From an uncultured Rhodothermaceae bacterium (GTDB lineage: Bacteria; Bacteroidota; Rhodothermia; Rhodothermales; Bin80): a stretch of DNA of 64,000 bases. The notes beneath the pieces are model-generated. The model searched no databases and was not told the DNA's origin. It was given only the letters and a program-made list of their open reading frames with translations. Below are positions 49,610 to 59,211 of the stretch, piece by piece. How positions within the stretch are numbered: position 1 is the stretch's first letter; the number at the start of each line of letters is the position of its first letter. The position numbers and the translations under genes are program-made. The stretch is from assembly GCA_964639665.1 (NCBI GenBank), contig CAZXEU010000121.1:48398-112397 (forward strand). Reading direction: 5' to 3'.

Positions 49610-51160
49610 CTAGTGTCCGGGATTCTGCGTTACAACGCCTCCGGAGATATCGATTTCCAACTGCGGAATAGGATACACTAGGCGTTCCGGCGTCAGAGAG
49701 AAGCTGGTCGGGCCGCCATAATTGGAAATCCTCTGGAAGGTGCTTTGCTGCGCGTTCAATTGCGCGTTCATGATGGCGATCGTCTGCGCCTCGGGCAGCC
49801 GCAGTAGATCAAACCACCGGTGTGCCTCAAAGGCAAATTCCAATCTGCGCTCCTTCATCAGCTTCTCCATGAACGTGCCTGCCGTGCTCGCTTCGATATC
49901 CGGGAGCCCGGCTCGCCTTCGAACCTGGTTGATGAGGGAATACGATTCAGCCCCCTCTCCCACGGCCTCCGCCAGTGACAACAGCACATCGGCATACCGC
50001 AGCAAGACGAGATTCACGTCAGCGCCGTCCGACTCCGCACTCGTATCGATGAACTTGGTGATGTATCCGCCTGGTTCGCGGCCCGGGATGGTACCGAACG
50101 TATACGGAATTCTAAGATCGTTCGGGTCGTCGAAGGCATTGATCAAGTCCTGCGTGGCAAACGGAAAAAGGATCGCCCGTGTGGAGCCTCCGGCTACGAT
50201 ACCCAGGTCGTTGGCAACGCTCTGCGGAATAAAATGCTGCCGGAAGAGTCCGGTCTGATTCGCGGGGTTAAAGCTGACCTCGAAGATGGACTCTGCCGTA
50301 TTGTTGTTGCCGGGGCCGTGTATCATACCATAGTCGCTGAGCAGAGAGTATTCGCCGAGCACCGGGCGCAGGGCGGAAACCGCCGCTCCCGCATTGTCGC
50401 GCTGCAATTCCACCTTCCCGAGCAATGTCAGGGCAGCAAAGCGGGTGGCCCTGCCTACTTCGTTGCCGGCACTGCCGTCGTAGGTTCCGGGAAGCGCCGC
50501 CGCGGCTTCCGTGAGATCCTGCACGATCTGATCGTAGACCTGGGCCGCCGTGGAACGCTCCACTACAGTTTGCTCAAAATCATCGGTTGGCGTGATTCTA
50601 AGCGGTACGCCTCCCCAGAGATTGACCATGTGGTAGTAGGTAAACGCTCGAACGAATTTGGCTTCGCCTACGATGCGCCCGATAAGGCCCGCGTTTCCCT
50701 CGGCCTCCGGGCCTCGAACGATTACCGTGTTGGCCAGATTAATGCAGTTGTACATGGAGGCCCAAGTGATATCCAGCAGCAGGTTTCCGGGCACCTCCGC
50801 AAATATGTCCGTTGCCACACGCTCGGCCTGGTCCGTGTGGTCCAGGCCGGCATTGTCGGACCGTCCCTCCATAATGTTATAGATGGTCCCGCTCCCGTAA
50901 ATTGATCTTTGCGCGCCGTACACGCCGGTCATCCCGATCAGGAGCTCCTGATCGGTAGAAAAGAACGATGGAGCATCGATCCTGTCGACCGGCTCCACGT
51001 CCAGGAAGCTGTCACACGATGGCCCGGCCAAGAGAGCCAGGAGCGCAATAGCCAAGGCCCTCAGGCCGCGTACTGGAAAGTGTTGCCGATCATGCTGCAG
51101 TGAGGTTGGACCTCCATGCGCGGGCCCCGACGGCACTCTCGCGTTATTCCACGATTTCAT
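49610..51160 (-). CDS. susD: SusD/RagB-family nutrient-binding outer membrane lipoprotein
   Basis: It lies directly after susC. It has the lipobox LLAGPSC followed by DSFLDVEPVDRI, TPR-like helices, and RRLEFAFEAHRWFDLLR. Confidence 0.9.
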   Translation of the reverse strand: MKSWNNARVPSGPAHGGPTSLQHDRQHFPVRGLRALAIALLALLAGPSCDSFLDVEPVDRIDAPSFFSTDQELLIGMTGVYGAQRSIYGSGTIYNIMEGRSDNAGLDHTDQAERVATDIFAEVPGNLLLDITWASMYNCINLANTVIVRGPEAEGNAGLIGRIVGEAKFVRAFTYYHMVNLWGGVPLRITPTDDFEQTVVERSTAAQVYDQIVQDLTEAAAALPGTYDGSAGNEVGRATRFAALTLLGKVELQRDNAGAAVSALRPVLGEYSLLSDYGMIHGPGNNNTAESIFEVSFNPANQTGLFRQHFIPQSVANDLGIVAGGSTRAILFPFATQDLINAFDDPNDLRIPYTFGTIPGREPGGYITKFIDTSAESDGADVNLVLLRYADVLLSLAEAVGEGAESYSLINQVRRRAGLPDIEASTAGTFMEKLMKERRLEFAFEAHRWFDLLRLPEAQTIAIMNAQLNAQQSTFQRISNYGGPTSFSLTPERLVYPIPQLEIDISGGVVTQNPGH

Positions 51161-51179
51161 GGTCGCCTGGTTATAAGGG

Positions 51180-54100
51180 TTAATACGTTAAGTGGATGCC
51201 GGCCGTCCACACTCGCGGCAGTGGCAAGTGAGGAGGACTCGTCAATCCGATTTCCCTTCCGTCTCCTACACCGGGAATCCGGGATCCGCCGAAGAGGGAG
51301 GGGCCGCCCGCCGAATTCCGTCTACCTTCGGGATTGCCTCCAATGAAGCTTGTCCACATATGGACATTCTCCATAGACGTGTAGATTCTTCCACGGACGC
51401 CTCCGACGCCGAGTCCGCGAAGCAGACTTTGGGGCAGCGTGTAAGTCAACGTGACGTTGCGGAGTCGGAGAAAGTCTGTGTCCTGGATGCCAAGGCTCGA
51501 AACGGCACCAATACCGGTATCGAATCCCGAGGCGCTGGGCGTCTTGCCGTCGCCGGGCTGACTTTCCGATATGTACCGGCCATCGTACCAGAATTTCTTG
51601 GAAAGATTGACCCGGCGGAAAGGCGCACCGATTTGGATTATGTAGAGATCCAGGACGGAGGCACCCGCCTGGCCGTTGAATCGAACACTGAGGTCGAAAT
51701 TCTTGTACCGGACGTTGGTGTGGAATCCGTAGATATAGTCCAGATTCGTGCCTTCCAGATTCACGCCGTCCGGCCCCAGGAAGTTACTGATCGAACCGTC
51801 ACCGTCGGCATCTCTGTAGACCATCGTGCCGGGCTGCGCACCTGGCTGCGCCGGATGCGAGTCCCCTTCCCGCACGATGCCCACGTGCTCAACGACGTGG
51901 ATGTTCTGCAACTCACCTCCGACCGTGCGTCTTAGTGCACCGAAAAAGTTTCGGATCTCGTCATCCCCGCCCAAGTCCAGGATTTCCTGGTTGTTGTTGG
52001 TCACGTTGCCGCCCACTGTCCAGCCGAAATCACGGGTGTCCAATACGGAAACGGTGGCTGCCAGCTCGATGCCGTCGTTGCGCATGCTTCCGATATTGGT
52101 AAGAAAGCCGCCGTAGCCGGACGAGGCTACGATATTGCGAGACAGGAGTAGACTGGTGGTCACATTGTTGTAGTAATCCAGCACCATGCTGTAGCGGCCG
52201 TCCATGAGCGTCAGGTCGAGCCCGATGTCCAGCTGCTCCGACGTCTCCCAGGTCAGGCCAGGGTTGCCCGGGTCAGCGATGGCTACCCCGGTCAATTGCG
52301 TGGCCCCGAGCGCGTGATTGACTGGTCTTAGACTGGGTCGCGCAATGAAGTCCGGAATGGCGTTGCTGCCCGTGGAGCCGTACGACACACGCAATTTCGC
52401 GTCGTTGACAAAACCCAGCGCCTTGATGAATTCCTCCTCCGAGAGCCGCCACCCTAGTGCAAATGAGCCAAAGGTCTGGTAGCGATTATTGGCCCCGAAT
52501 CTAGAGCTCCCGTCCCGCCGTACCGTGGCTGTCAGCAGGTACCTGTCCCTGAATGAATAGTTGAGCCGCCCGAGAGCAGAGGCGATGGCGTTTTCGCCGA
52601 AGCCGTTGCTGGATGTGAGGGTCTCCGAATCGCCAATCGACAAGATCCGCGCACCCGGAATCTGCAGTCCTGCCACATTCGAGGAAACGAATTCCAATCG
52701 GTCTTGCTGCAAGGTGAAGCCAGCCAGCACGTCGAAGAAGTGATCCCGTCCGACCTGCCTGCGGAAATTGACCGTGTTTTCGTTCAGCCACCCCCTTTGC
52801 CACACCTGCCCCACGTTCAGCGTACTTACCGCCGGAAAGCTGAATCGGGGGGTGCCGGGAGGAGCGTCATACAGCGTTTCATTCTTGTTGGACCCGATAT
52901 TGGTGGACAAGATTGACTTGAGAATAATGCCGGCAACAGGCTCCACCTCCAGGCTTACGCCTCCCAGCATCCTGAACAGGTCGTGCGTGCGCTTGAAGCG
53001 CTCAATGGTCTGCAAGGGGTTGCCGATCGGGAAATTGCCCGGCACGTAGCTGCCGATGGCGTAAGATCCGTCGGGATTGTGGATGGGAATGATAGGGGGC
53101 AGCAGTATGGCCTGAGCCCACGCGGACCTCCAGTCGCTTCCATCCTCGCTGGGCGGACTGGACTTCAGGATCCTGGACACACTTGGTGCCACATTCAGCC
53201 CGAAGGTTATCCTGTCGTTGGGACGATAGTCCAGTTTGAGGCGAGCCCCGACCTTGTTATACCCCTCCTCAGGTATGACTCCGGCTTCTTCCGTATAGTT
53301 GCTTGAGAGCAGATAGGAGACTTTTTCGGTTCCTCCGTGCGCAGAGAGGGACCAGTTTTGAAACGGCGCCGATCGGTAGAGTTCATCCTGCCAGTCCGTA
53401 TCTGTGGCGCCGTCCCACACGCTCGAAATCCAGTCTGGTGTCACGCCGCCGTTTTTTTCCGTATGAAATTGCACGTATTCCGCGGCATTGAGCATTTCGA
53501 AACGCGAGCTAGTCGGGATACTCGACACGCCCGTGTTCATGTCAAAGTTGATTTGCGCCGTTCCGATGCGGCCCGACTTCGTGGTAACAATGATGACGCC
53601 ATTGGCCCCTCGAGAACCGTAGATGGCCGTTGCAGACGCATCCTTCAGCACGTCGATCGATTCGATATCCGCGGGATTGAGCATCTGGGCATTCCGCTGG
53701 TCAGTCGGAAACCCGTCGATTACCCACAAGGGCTCGTAGCCCGCCGAGAGGGTTCCGATGGCGCGGATCGAGATCTGAGCCAGATCACCCGGATTGGCAC
53801 TCCGGTCGGCCACGTTGAGGCCGGGTACAAGGCCTTGCAGGGCCTTCTCTACCGACGCGACGGGACGGGACTCAAAATCCGTAGCCGAAATAGAGACTAT
53901 TGACCCGGTGACGTCCCTGCGCAGCTGCGTGCCATAACCCGTGACGACAACCTCCTCGAGCCTCGCCACATCTTCCTCCATGACTACATCAATGGTGGTC
54001 CGTCCGTCTATGGCCACATCCTGCGTGACGAAGCCGATAAACGAGAATACCAGCGTGGTCGCGTCGTCGGGTACGGTAATCACATACTCTCCATCTATGT

Positions 54101-54314
54101 TGGTAGCCGTCCCGATATTGGTTTCCGCAAGGCGCACAGTCGCACCGCTCAGGGGATCTCCGTCGGTGTCTGTCACCGTGCCCGAAATGGTCACATCCGG
54201 GCTCGGCGCCAACGAGTCCCGCGACTCGCCGTAGGCCGGCGGCATTGCCAGGCCGATGCACAGCACGAGGAGAGCCGGCAGTCCGGATATCTTGCAGTGG
54301 CGTTCAGCATCCAT
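51180..54314 (-). CDS. susC: SusC/RagA-family TonB-dependent outer membrane transporter
   Basis: It has the carboxypeptidase-regulatory-like domain ISGTVTDTDGDPLSGATVRL..TNIGTATNIDGEY, the plug VVVTGYGTQLRRDVTGSI, and ATAIYGSRGANGVIIVTTK. It is 1044 aa. Confidence 0.95.
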   Translation of the reverse strand: MDAERHCKISGLPALLVLCIGLAMPPAYGESRDSLAPSPDVTISGTVTDTDGDPLSGATVRLAETNIGTATNIDGEYVITVPDDATTLVFSFIGFVTQDVAIDGRTTIDVVMEEDVARLEEVVVTGYGTQLRRDVTGSIVSISATDFESRPVASVEKALQGLVPGLNVADRSANPGDLAQISIRAIGTLSAGYEPLWVIDGFPTDQRNAQMLNPADIESIDVLKDASATAIYGSRGANGVIIVTTKSGRIGTAQINFDMNTGVSSIPTSSRFEMLNAAEYVQFHTEKNGGVTPDWISSVWDGATDTDWQDELYRSAPFQNWSLSAHGGTEKVSYLLSSNYTEEAGVIPEEGYNKVGARLKLDYRPNDRITFGLNVAPSVSRILKSSPPSEDGSDWRSAWAQAILLPPIIPIHNPDGSYAIGSYVPGNFPIGNPLQTIERFKRTHDLFRMLGGVSLEVEPVAGIILKSILSTNIGSNKNETLYDAPPGTPRFSFPAVSTLNVGQVWQRGWLNENTVNFRRQVGRDHFFDVLAGFTLQQDRLEFVSSNVAGLQIPGARILSIGDSETLTSSNGFGENAIASALGRLNYSFRDRYLLTATVRRDGSSRFGANNRYQTFGSFALGWRLSEEEFIKALGFVNDAKLRVSYGSTGSNAIPDFIARPSLRPVNHALGATQLTGVAIADPGNPGLTWETSEQLDIGLDLTLMDGRYSMVLDYYNNVTTSLLLSRNIVASSGYGGFLTNIGSMRNDGIELAATVSVLDTRDFGWTVGGNVTNNNQEILDLGGDDEIRNFFGALRRTVGGELQNIHVVEHVGIVREGDSHPAQPGAQPGTMVYRDADGDGSISNFLGPDGVNLEGTNLDYIYGFHTNVRYKNFDLSVRFNGQAGASVLDLYIIQIGAPFRRVNLSKKFWYDGRYISESQPGDGKTPSASGFDTGIGAVSSLGIQDTDFLRLRNVTLTYTLPQSLLRGLGVGGVRGRIYTSMENVHMWTSFIGGNPEGRRNSAGGPSLFGGSRIPGVGDGREIGLTSPPHLPLPRVWTAGIHLTY

Positions 54315-54416
54315 ATCTACATCTCCGTGTATCTGGATTGGTTCGTACCCGATTCGGGCGATTGGCAGATGGGGCCGTCATCATGGCGCATGCACTACCA
54401 TCAACGTTGCACCCTT

Positions 54417-54430
54417 TGTTAACGATAACA
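54417..54430. promoter_or_regulatory. TGTTAACGATAACA, an imperfect palindrome of the same family as the 45613 operator, in the susC leader
   Basis: It has the same TGTTAA-NN-(T/A)TAACA architecture, with one arm mismatch. It lies 103-116 nt upstream of the susC ATG, in an AT-rich patch. Confidence 0.4.
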
Positions 54431-54439
54431 TTCTATCTT

Positions 54440-54453
54440 GACTTGCGCAAGTC
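54440..54453. promoter_or_regulatory. Perfect 14-bp palindrome GACTTGCGCAAGTC upstream of susC
   Basis: It is exactly self-complementary and lies 126-139 nt upstream of the susC ATG. Its motif differs from the TGTTAA family. Its function is unknown. Confidence 0.3.
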
Positions 54454-55003
54454 TTTCGCATATCAATGCAAAAAAATGGAGACACACGTTGGCGACGCGC
54501 AGCGGCCAAACGGATTTCAGTGGGCTTGAGCGGTTCTCCTCGGAGCGGATTTGGTGGTGTGCCTCATTGGATAACGGAGCCGCCACGCTGACCCGGGGCA
54601 GGAATGGCAGCACCCGGTCCAGGATCGAATACCATCGCGAAAACGGAGGATGCTGCCCTTCTTGGACCGCGGATCCTGAATGGCAGGCATGACAACAGAG
54701 TGTCGATGGCTGGACCACAGGCCAACGACGGAGCCCTTTGGGCTCTTGGGCCTTCGAGCAGGCATGAGTTTTTGAAGGCAGATTGCTCCTGCATCCGCAA
54801 CCGGACGATGCAGATCTATTCACTTCAGGCCCGTTCCAGCCGCCCGCAGGGCTCCCGGCTGCGGTGCCCGGGCGCGGTCCACGTCAGGTAGGATGCCGCC
54901 ACCTGGCCAACTCTGCGCCGGAGGCCAACCGCAATTTCAGGTACTCGCCGACCTTGCCCCTCAAGACTGGCGCATCACCCAGACCACAGGGCGCCGCCGC
55001 GCA

Positions 55004-56248
55004 CTAGTTGTCAAGCGCAGACGCAATTTCCTCCAGCGACTTGCCCAGCGTCGCTAGCGCTATTTGGTCCAACGCTTCCGCCGGTCCCTGCAGGTGGATG
55101 GTCCTGTGCAAGTGCATGTACGAATGGCCGGGCGCGAGCGCCATTGCGGGCGACGATGTTTCAAGTTCGTAGGACGGGCCCAGGGGCGGCACGCCGGGCG
55201 CCGGCGGACCATCGTTGTAGCTGTTGATCACATCGCCCGAGAAGGGATCATCCTGCAATTCCCACATGGAATTGACATAATCTGTGGCTTCTTCCGGCAA
55301 GTTGAACTGAACCAGGGTCAGAACGCCGCTGGCGCTGTCGAAGCTGCCAAAAGTGGGTACACTTCGCGCCTTCGACATTCCGATCTTGCTGCGGTATTCA
55401 CCATCTCCGCTGAAGTACACTACATCCTCGTCCATTGCGAGCCTGTCAGCAGGCACTTCGCCGAAATAGGCCGCATTCACAATGGGCCCCAGTGCCTCCT
55501 CGCTGCCTGGCCGATAGGGAATCACCACGGTTGTCGACGGCGAGGGATTGTACATCCCCAGAATCCAGATCGAAAGCAGACCCCCCTCTTTCGTCCAGGC
55601 TTCGCTTCCCGTGTTTGTAACCGTATTTGCTGTTTCGAACGCAACGGCGTCTACCGCAGGGGCAACCTCCAGACCCATGTGCTGCGCAATGGTTGGCCTG
55701 TCAAGCAGCCGCACTTCACGGTCAACGCGCAAATCAAATTGAGTACCCGAGTAGTTCGTCAGCTGTATGTCCTTCTCGAAGGAAACCCGGTCCGGCTCCT
55801 GTTCCACTACGGAATAGGGGTCCCAGTCAATGGCAGCCGGAACGTACCAGTGGTCTAGATCAAACGGATCTCCCGCCTTGAAATAGATGGAGAATTGCCC
55901 ACCTTCCGGTCCCAGCCAGAAGCGATCTTCGCCGCCAAACACATTGATGTGCTCTTGCCGCTCTCCGGAAGCGATGATCTCGCGGTTGATCCAGCCGAAG
56001 CTTGGCCCGTCGTCGCCTGATGCCGTACTTGTCAGCACACGTCCCTGCATCGCCGGGCTTACCGCGACTTTCGCAAGTCCGGCCGAGTCCGAGAGCATCA
56101 CCAGATCCGTGTGAGCAGCCAAAAATGCTGCGTCGTCTCCAAAGGTAGACATGCCGACATCCGGGTTGTCTGGCATCACATTCTCAGATTGGTCGCAGGC
56201 CCAAAGGAGGACCAGCAGCAGCAGGGTGAGTATGTAGCGGTAGCGCAT
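55004..56248 (-). CDS. Uncharacterized PUL-encoded lipoprotein (414 aa)
   Basis: It has the lipobox MRYRYILTLLLLVLLWAC (ATG at 56248). The body looks beta-rich (FGGEDRFWLGPEGGQFSIYF, DLRVDREVRLL, SYELETSSP). I recognised no catalytic motif. A mutarotase-like beta-sandwich is a guess only. Confidence 0.6.
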   Translation of the reverse strand: MRYRYILTLLLLVLLWACDQSENVMPDNPDVGMSTFGDDAAFLAAHTDLVMLSDSAGLAKVAVSPAMQGRVLTSTASGDDGPSFGWINREIIASGERQEHINVFGGEDRFWLGPEGGQFSIYFKAGDPFDLDHWYVPAAIDWDPYSVVEQEPDRVSFEKDIQLTNYSGTQFDLRVDREVRLLDRPTIAQHMGLEVAPAVDAVAFETANTVTNTGSEAWTKEGGLLSIWILGMYNPSPSTTVVIPYRPGSEEALGPIVNAAYFGEVPADRLAMDEDVVYFSGDGEYRSKIGMSKARSVPTFGSFDSASGVLTLVQFNLPEEATDYVNSMWELQDDPFSGDVINSYNDGPPAPGVPPLGPSYELETSSPAMALAPGHSYMHLHRTIHLQGPAEALDQIALATLGKSLEEIASALDN

Positions 56249-56416
56249 GGCTTCCTCCATCGATTTCATATTCGAAAATAGCACAGATCTCAAACTCTGC
56301 AGATTCCGGCAAACACTCCTGTACGTGACAGCCACGGACAGAGCCTCCGCGGCCTGCGGGGAATCCACCCGTGCAATCGGGATGATCGTGGCGCCGGGGA
56401 GACAGCGACAGGAGCT

Positions 56417-59134
56417 TCATGGCCGGATCGTGATCGGGAAGGCCGCCAGCTGGGCCCTTGTCAGAGCAACGGGAGCCTCATTTCCGATTACGAGGTTGAA
56501 TGAACCCTCGTCCGGCAGCCCGTCAACCCGTAGAAGCGCACTGTAAGAGGCGTCGTGAGGCACGGGCAGGGCGGCAAGCAGCCGGGAGAGCTGAATGCGC
56601 AGCGTACGGCCTTCCAGCGCGTACCCGGCGACAGCCAATCCGTCCACGCCCACGGCCAGGTCCCGCTCGACATCCACATGAATGCCTCCCAGCTGCCGCA
56701 GCACATCAGCCGCAGCTACAAGTCCTCCCACCTCGGCCCAACTCGGGCCGGAGCGAAGCGGAGTCTGAGGGAATCCTTCATGGTCAATATTCTCCGGACC
56801 CAGCCCCAGCGGGAACGTGGGAGCGTTGTAGATGCCGTTTTCGACGTGCCGGGGATGCGTGACAAGCGCCAGCGAGGATCGGGCCGCCGCTACACCTCGC
56901 TCCATGAGATCCTGGCGTCCGGTCAATAGGCCCAGTTGCACCAGGATGCCGGCGAACCGGTGGTCCCGCTGATCAAGCCATTCCGCGTCACCAATCTGCG
57001 AGGTAAAGCCGCCAAAGGGGTAGGCCGTTATTATGAAATGAGGCGCCCAGACGGCCTGCATTAGACTGGCATAGTCCGCCACCTCCTCGGCTGCCTCCAG
57101 ATACCGGCGCTCACCTGTGGTTTCGTACATTGAAACAAACCCCTGGAGCGCCCAGGACATGGACATGGCGTTTCGCGGCGGCTGCCCGGTCCGCGTGTCA
57201 AAGAACGTCTCCGGCTTGACCGCGCACGAATAGAGCGCCTCGAAGTCAATCCAGCGGTGTGTGGGCAGGACTTCGTCCAGCAAGAACTCTGCGGCTCGCA
57301 CGGCAGCCTGCCTGAAGCGGTCCTCACCCGTGGCGCGAAACAGTTCGCTCAAGACCCAGGCGTGTGCGCCGCCGTCCGCATTCCACCGCATGCTCAGACG
57401 CGGCTCGAGGTTCTCGTCAAACCACGCGGGCACGCTCCCGTCGGGCGCCATACGCTCAATCAGGAAGTCGCCGAATCGCCTGACATACGCGACAATGCGC
57501 GGATCCTGGTCATACAGCCGATGCACCTGCATGAGATAGCCCGCCGTCACGCTTGCCGAGGCGGTCTGGTAGTCGCCGTCTTCCCAGTTCCAATACGTCC
57601 GCGTCTCGTCCGGATCGTACTCCGGCCCGGGAAATCTCCACATGCTGCGTTTCCAATGACGCTCCTGGAGGTCGTAAAGCGAGGGGAAGAGTCCATCGGC
57701 TTGCGGCGCCGACAGTGTCAGGTTCACAATCCGCCGCGCCTTGTCGACAAGCGAGTCGTCGCCCAGCTGGCGTCCCCAGAAATAAAGTCCCGTCGCGTCC
57801 GCCACGTTGTTCCACCACGCCGTGTTGTAAGCCAAGTGAAACCACTGGGGCGCCGTAAGGCGCAATGCCCCCATCGGCTCGCCTCCTTCTTCCCACTGCT
57901 GCCACGTTTCCCAGGCTGCCGGACCGGCGGGATCCCGGTGTACCATTTCCGGCATGCCCCCCGGATGCTCAACGGTGTAGCCCTTGTATTCGAATGAGGC
58001 GGGGTATAGTATCCTGGCATAGTCGGCAAATGGCATGGCCTGCGGACGCGGCTGCCGGACATAGTGTCTTCCGTAGCGCTCCCAAAGGAAGGCTGCCGTC
58101 TGCCGGTAACCCCATGTGGGCACCGCATCGGCGCCCAAAAGAAGGTCCATTCCGTACTGTACAACATTGTCGGAAAGCGTACGGACCAGCGTACCTCCTG
58201 CGTTCTCGTGGCGCCAGTAGACGTGCTGCTCTGCGATGACATCCATCATGCCATAGGCCAAAAGCGGAGCACTGGTCATGCCGGAGGACAGCTCCAGGTC
58301 CAGCACAGCCGGCAGGGATATCCGTGACGAGTCAATGGGAACTCCGAATATCCAGCGGTGCTTCTGCGGCCGGGCGCCCTCTGCATACACAACCTTGTCG
58401 TTAATCTGGTCAAGATCCGGCACTACTGCGGCATAGACCGAATCCGTCTGCACGATGGCGGCGGGAGAAAAGAATACCCGGTCTGCTACCACATCGCCGG
58501 GCGAGCGCTTGTATGCCGGGAGGTGGCTGAAATCCGGCGTGCCAGACTCGGAGAATTCGAACGGGGACAGCAGGTACTCAAGGCGCGGCGGATCACCTCG
58601 CAGCTCGCCCTGCACGTCTATGTGCACGGAGCGCTCGCCGGCGCGCAGCACAATAGTCTGCGAAACGTGCGCAATTTCGGTCTCGCCGGACAGCACGACC
58701 CGGGCTTCGTCGGGCCCTCGCGTGATTACTACCAGCTTGGTCAGCACTTCCGGCACGATGATTCGATACGGCTCTGCTACGCGCAGTGCACGCCCGTGCT
58801 CATTGGAGCGGTCAAGATATAGCTCTGTCGTATTGGTGGGCCGGGGACTCGGCGGGTGAAATGCCCTCGCGACCGGCACCCACTGCCCGTTTCTTGCCGC
58901 AAGAAAGGCTTGCCTAATCCCCTCGGAGCCCGGCTCGAGAACGACCTTTACGAACTCATTCGCCATCTCGACCCTCCCGTCCGCCTCCACCACCGCTACC
59001 TGTCCCGCAGCCTGTCCGGCCACAGTCATGCAAACGGCACTGCACAGGCTAAGGCGCAGCAGGATAATCGCCGTGCGTCCCGGTACGTGATCTGCTACCC
59101 GACGCGACACTCTCTTGCACTTGGTTTCATACAT
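56417..59134 (-). CDS. Uncharacterized large secreted protein (905 aa) with a probable (alpha/alpha)6-toroid core flanked by beta-sandwich regions
   Basis: It has a signal-like N-terminus (AIILLRLSLCSAVCMTVAGQAAG). The central region is rich in W/Y-capped helical hairpins (ASVTAGYLMQVHRLY, GGAHAWVLSELFRATGE, MSMSWALQGFVSMYETTGE, RFAGILVQLGLLTG). I recognised no CAZy family signature. Confidence 0.6.
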   Translation of the reverse strand: MYETKCKRVSRRVADHVPGRTAIILLRLSLCSAVCMTVAGQAAGQVAVVEADGRVEMANEFVKVVLEPGSEGIRQAFLAARNGQWVPVARAFHPPSPRPTNTTELYLDRSNEHGRALRVAEPYRIIVPEVLTKLVVITRGPDEARVVLSGETEIAHVSQTIVLRAGERSVHIDVQGELRGDPPRLEYLLSPFEFSESGTPDFSHLPAYKRSPGDVVADRVFFSPAAIVQTDSVYAAVVPDLDQINDKVVYAEGARPQKHRWIFGVPIDSSRISLPAVLDLELSSGMTSAPLLAYGMMDVIAEQHVYWRHENAGGTLVRTLSDNVVQYGMDLLLGADAVPTWGYRQTAAFLWERYGRHYVRQPRPQAMPFADYARILYPASFEYKGYTVEHPGGMPEMVHRDPAGPAAWETWQQWEEGGEPMGALRLTAPQWFHLAYNTAWWNNVADATGLYFWGRQLGDDSLVDKARRIVNLTLSAPQADGLFPSLYDLQERHWKRSMWRFPGPEYDPDETRTYWNWEDGDYQTASASVTAGYLMQVHRLYDQDPRIVAYVRRFGDFLIERMAPDGSVPAWFDENLEPRLSMRWNADGGAHAWVLSELFRATGEDRFRQAAVRAAEFLLDEVLPTHRWIDFEALYSCAVKPETFFDTRTGQPPRNAMSMSWALQGFVSMYETTGERRYLEAAEEVADYASLMQAVWAPHFIITAYPFGGFTSQIGDAEWLDQRDHRFAGILVQLGLLTGRQDLMERGVAAARSSLALVTHPRHVENGIYNAPTFPLGLGPENIDHEGFPQTPLRSGPSWAEVGGLVAAADVLRQLGGIHVDVERDLAVGVDGLAVAGYALEGRTLRIQLSRLLAALPVPHDASYSALLRVDGLPDEGSFNLVIGNEAPVALTRAQLAAFPITIRP

Positions 59135-59211
59135 CGAACCGCTCCTGTTCTTTCTGGTCAATTCCGGTTGCTCATACTGCCTACCCGGCAAGCTTCCGCC
59201 CTGGCCGCGCG

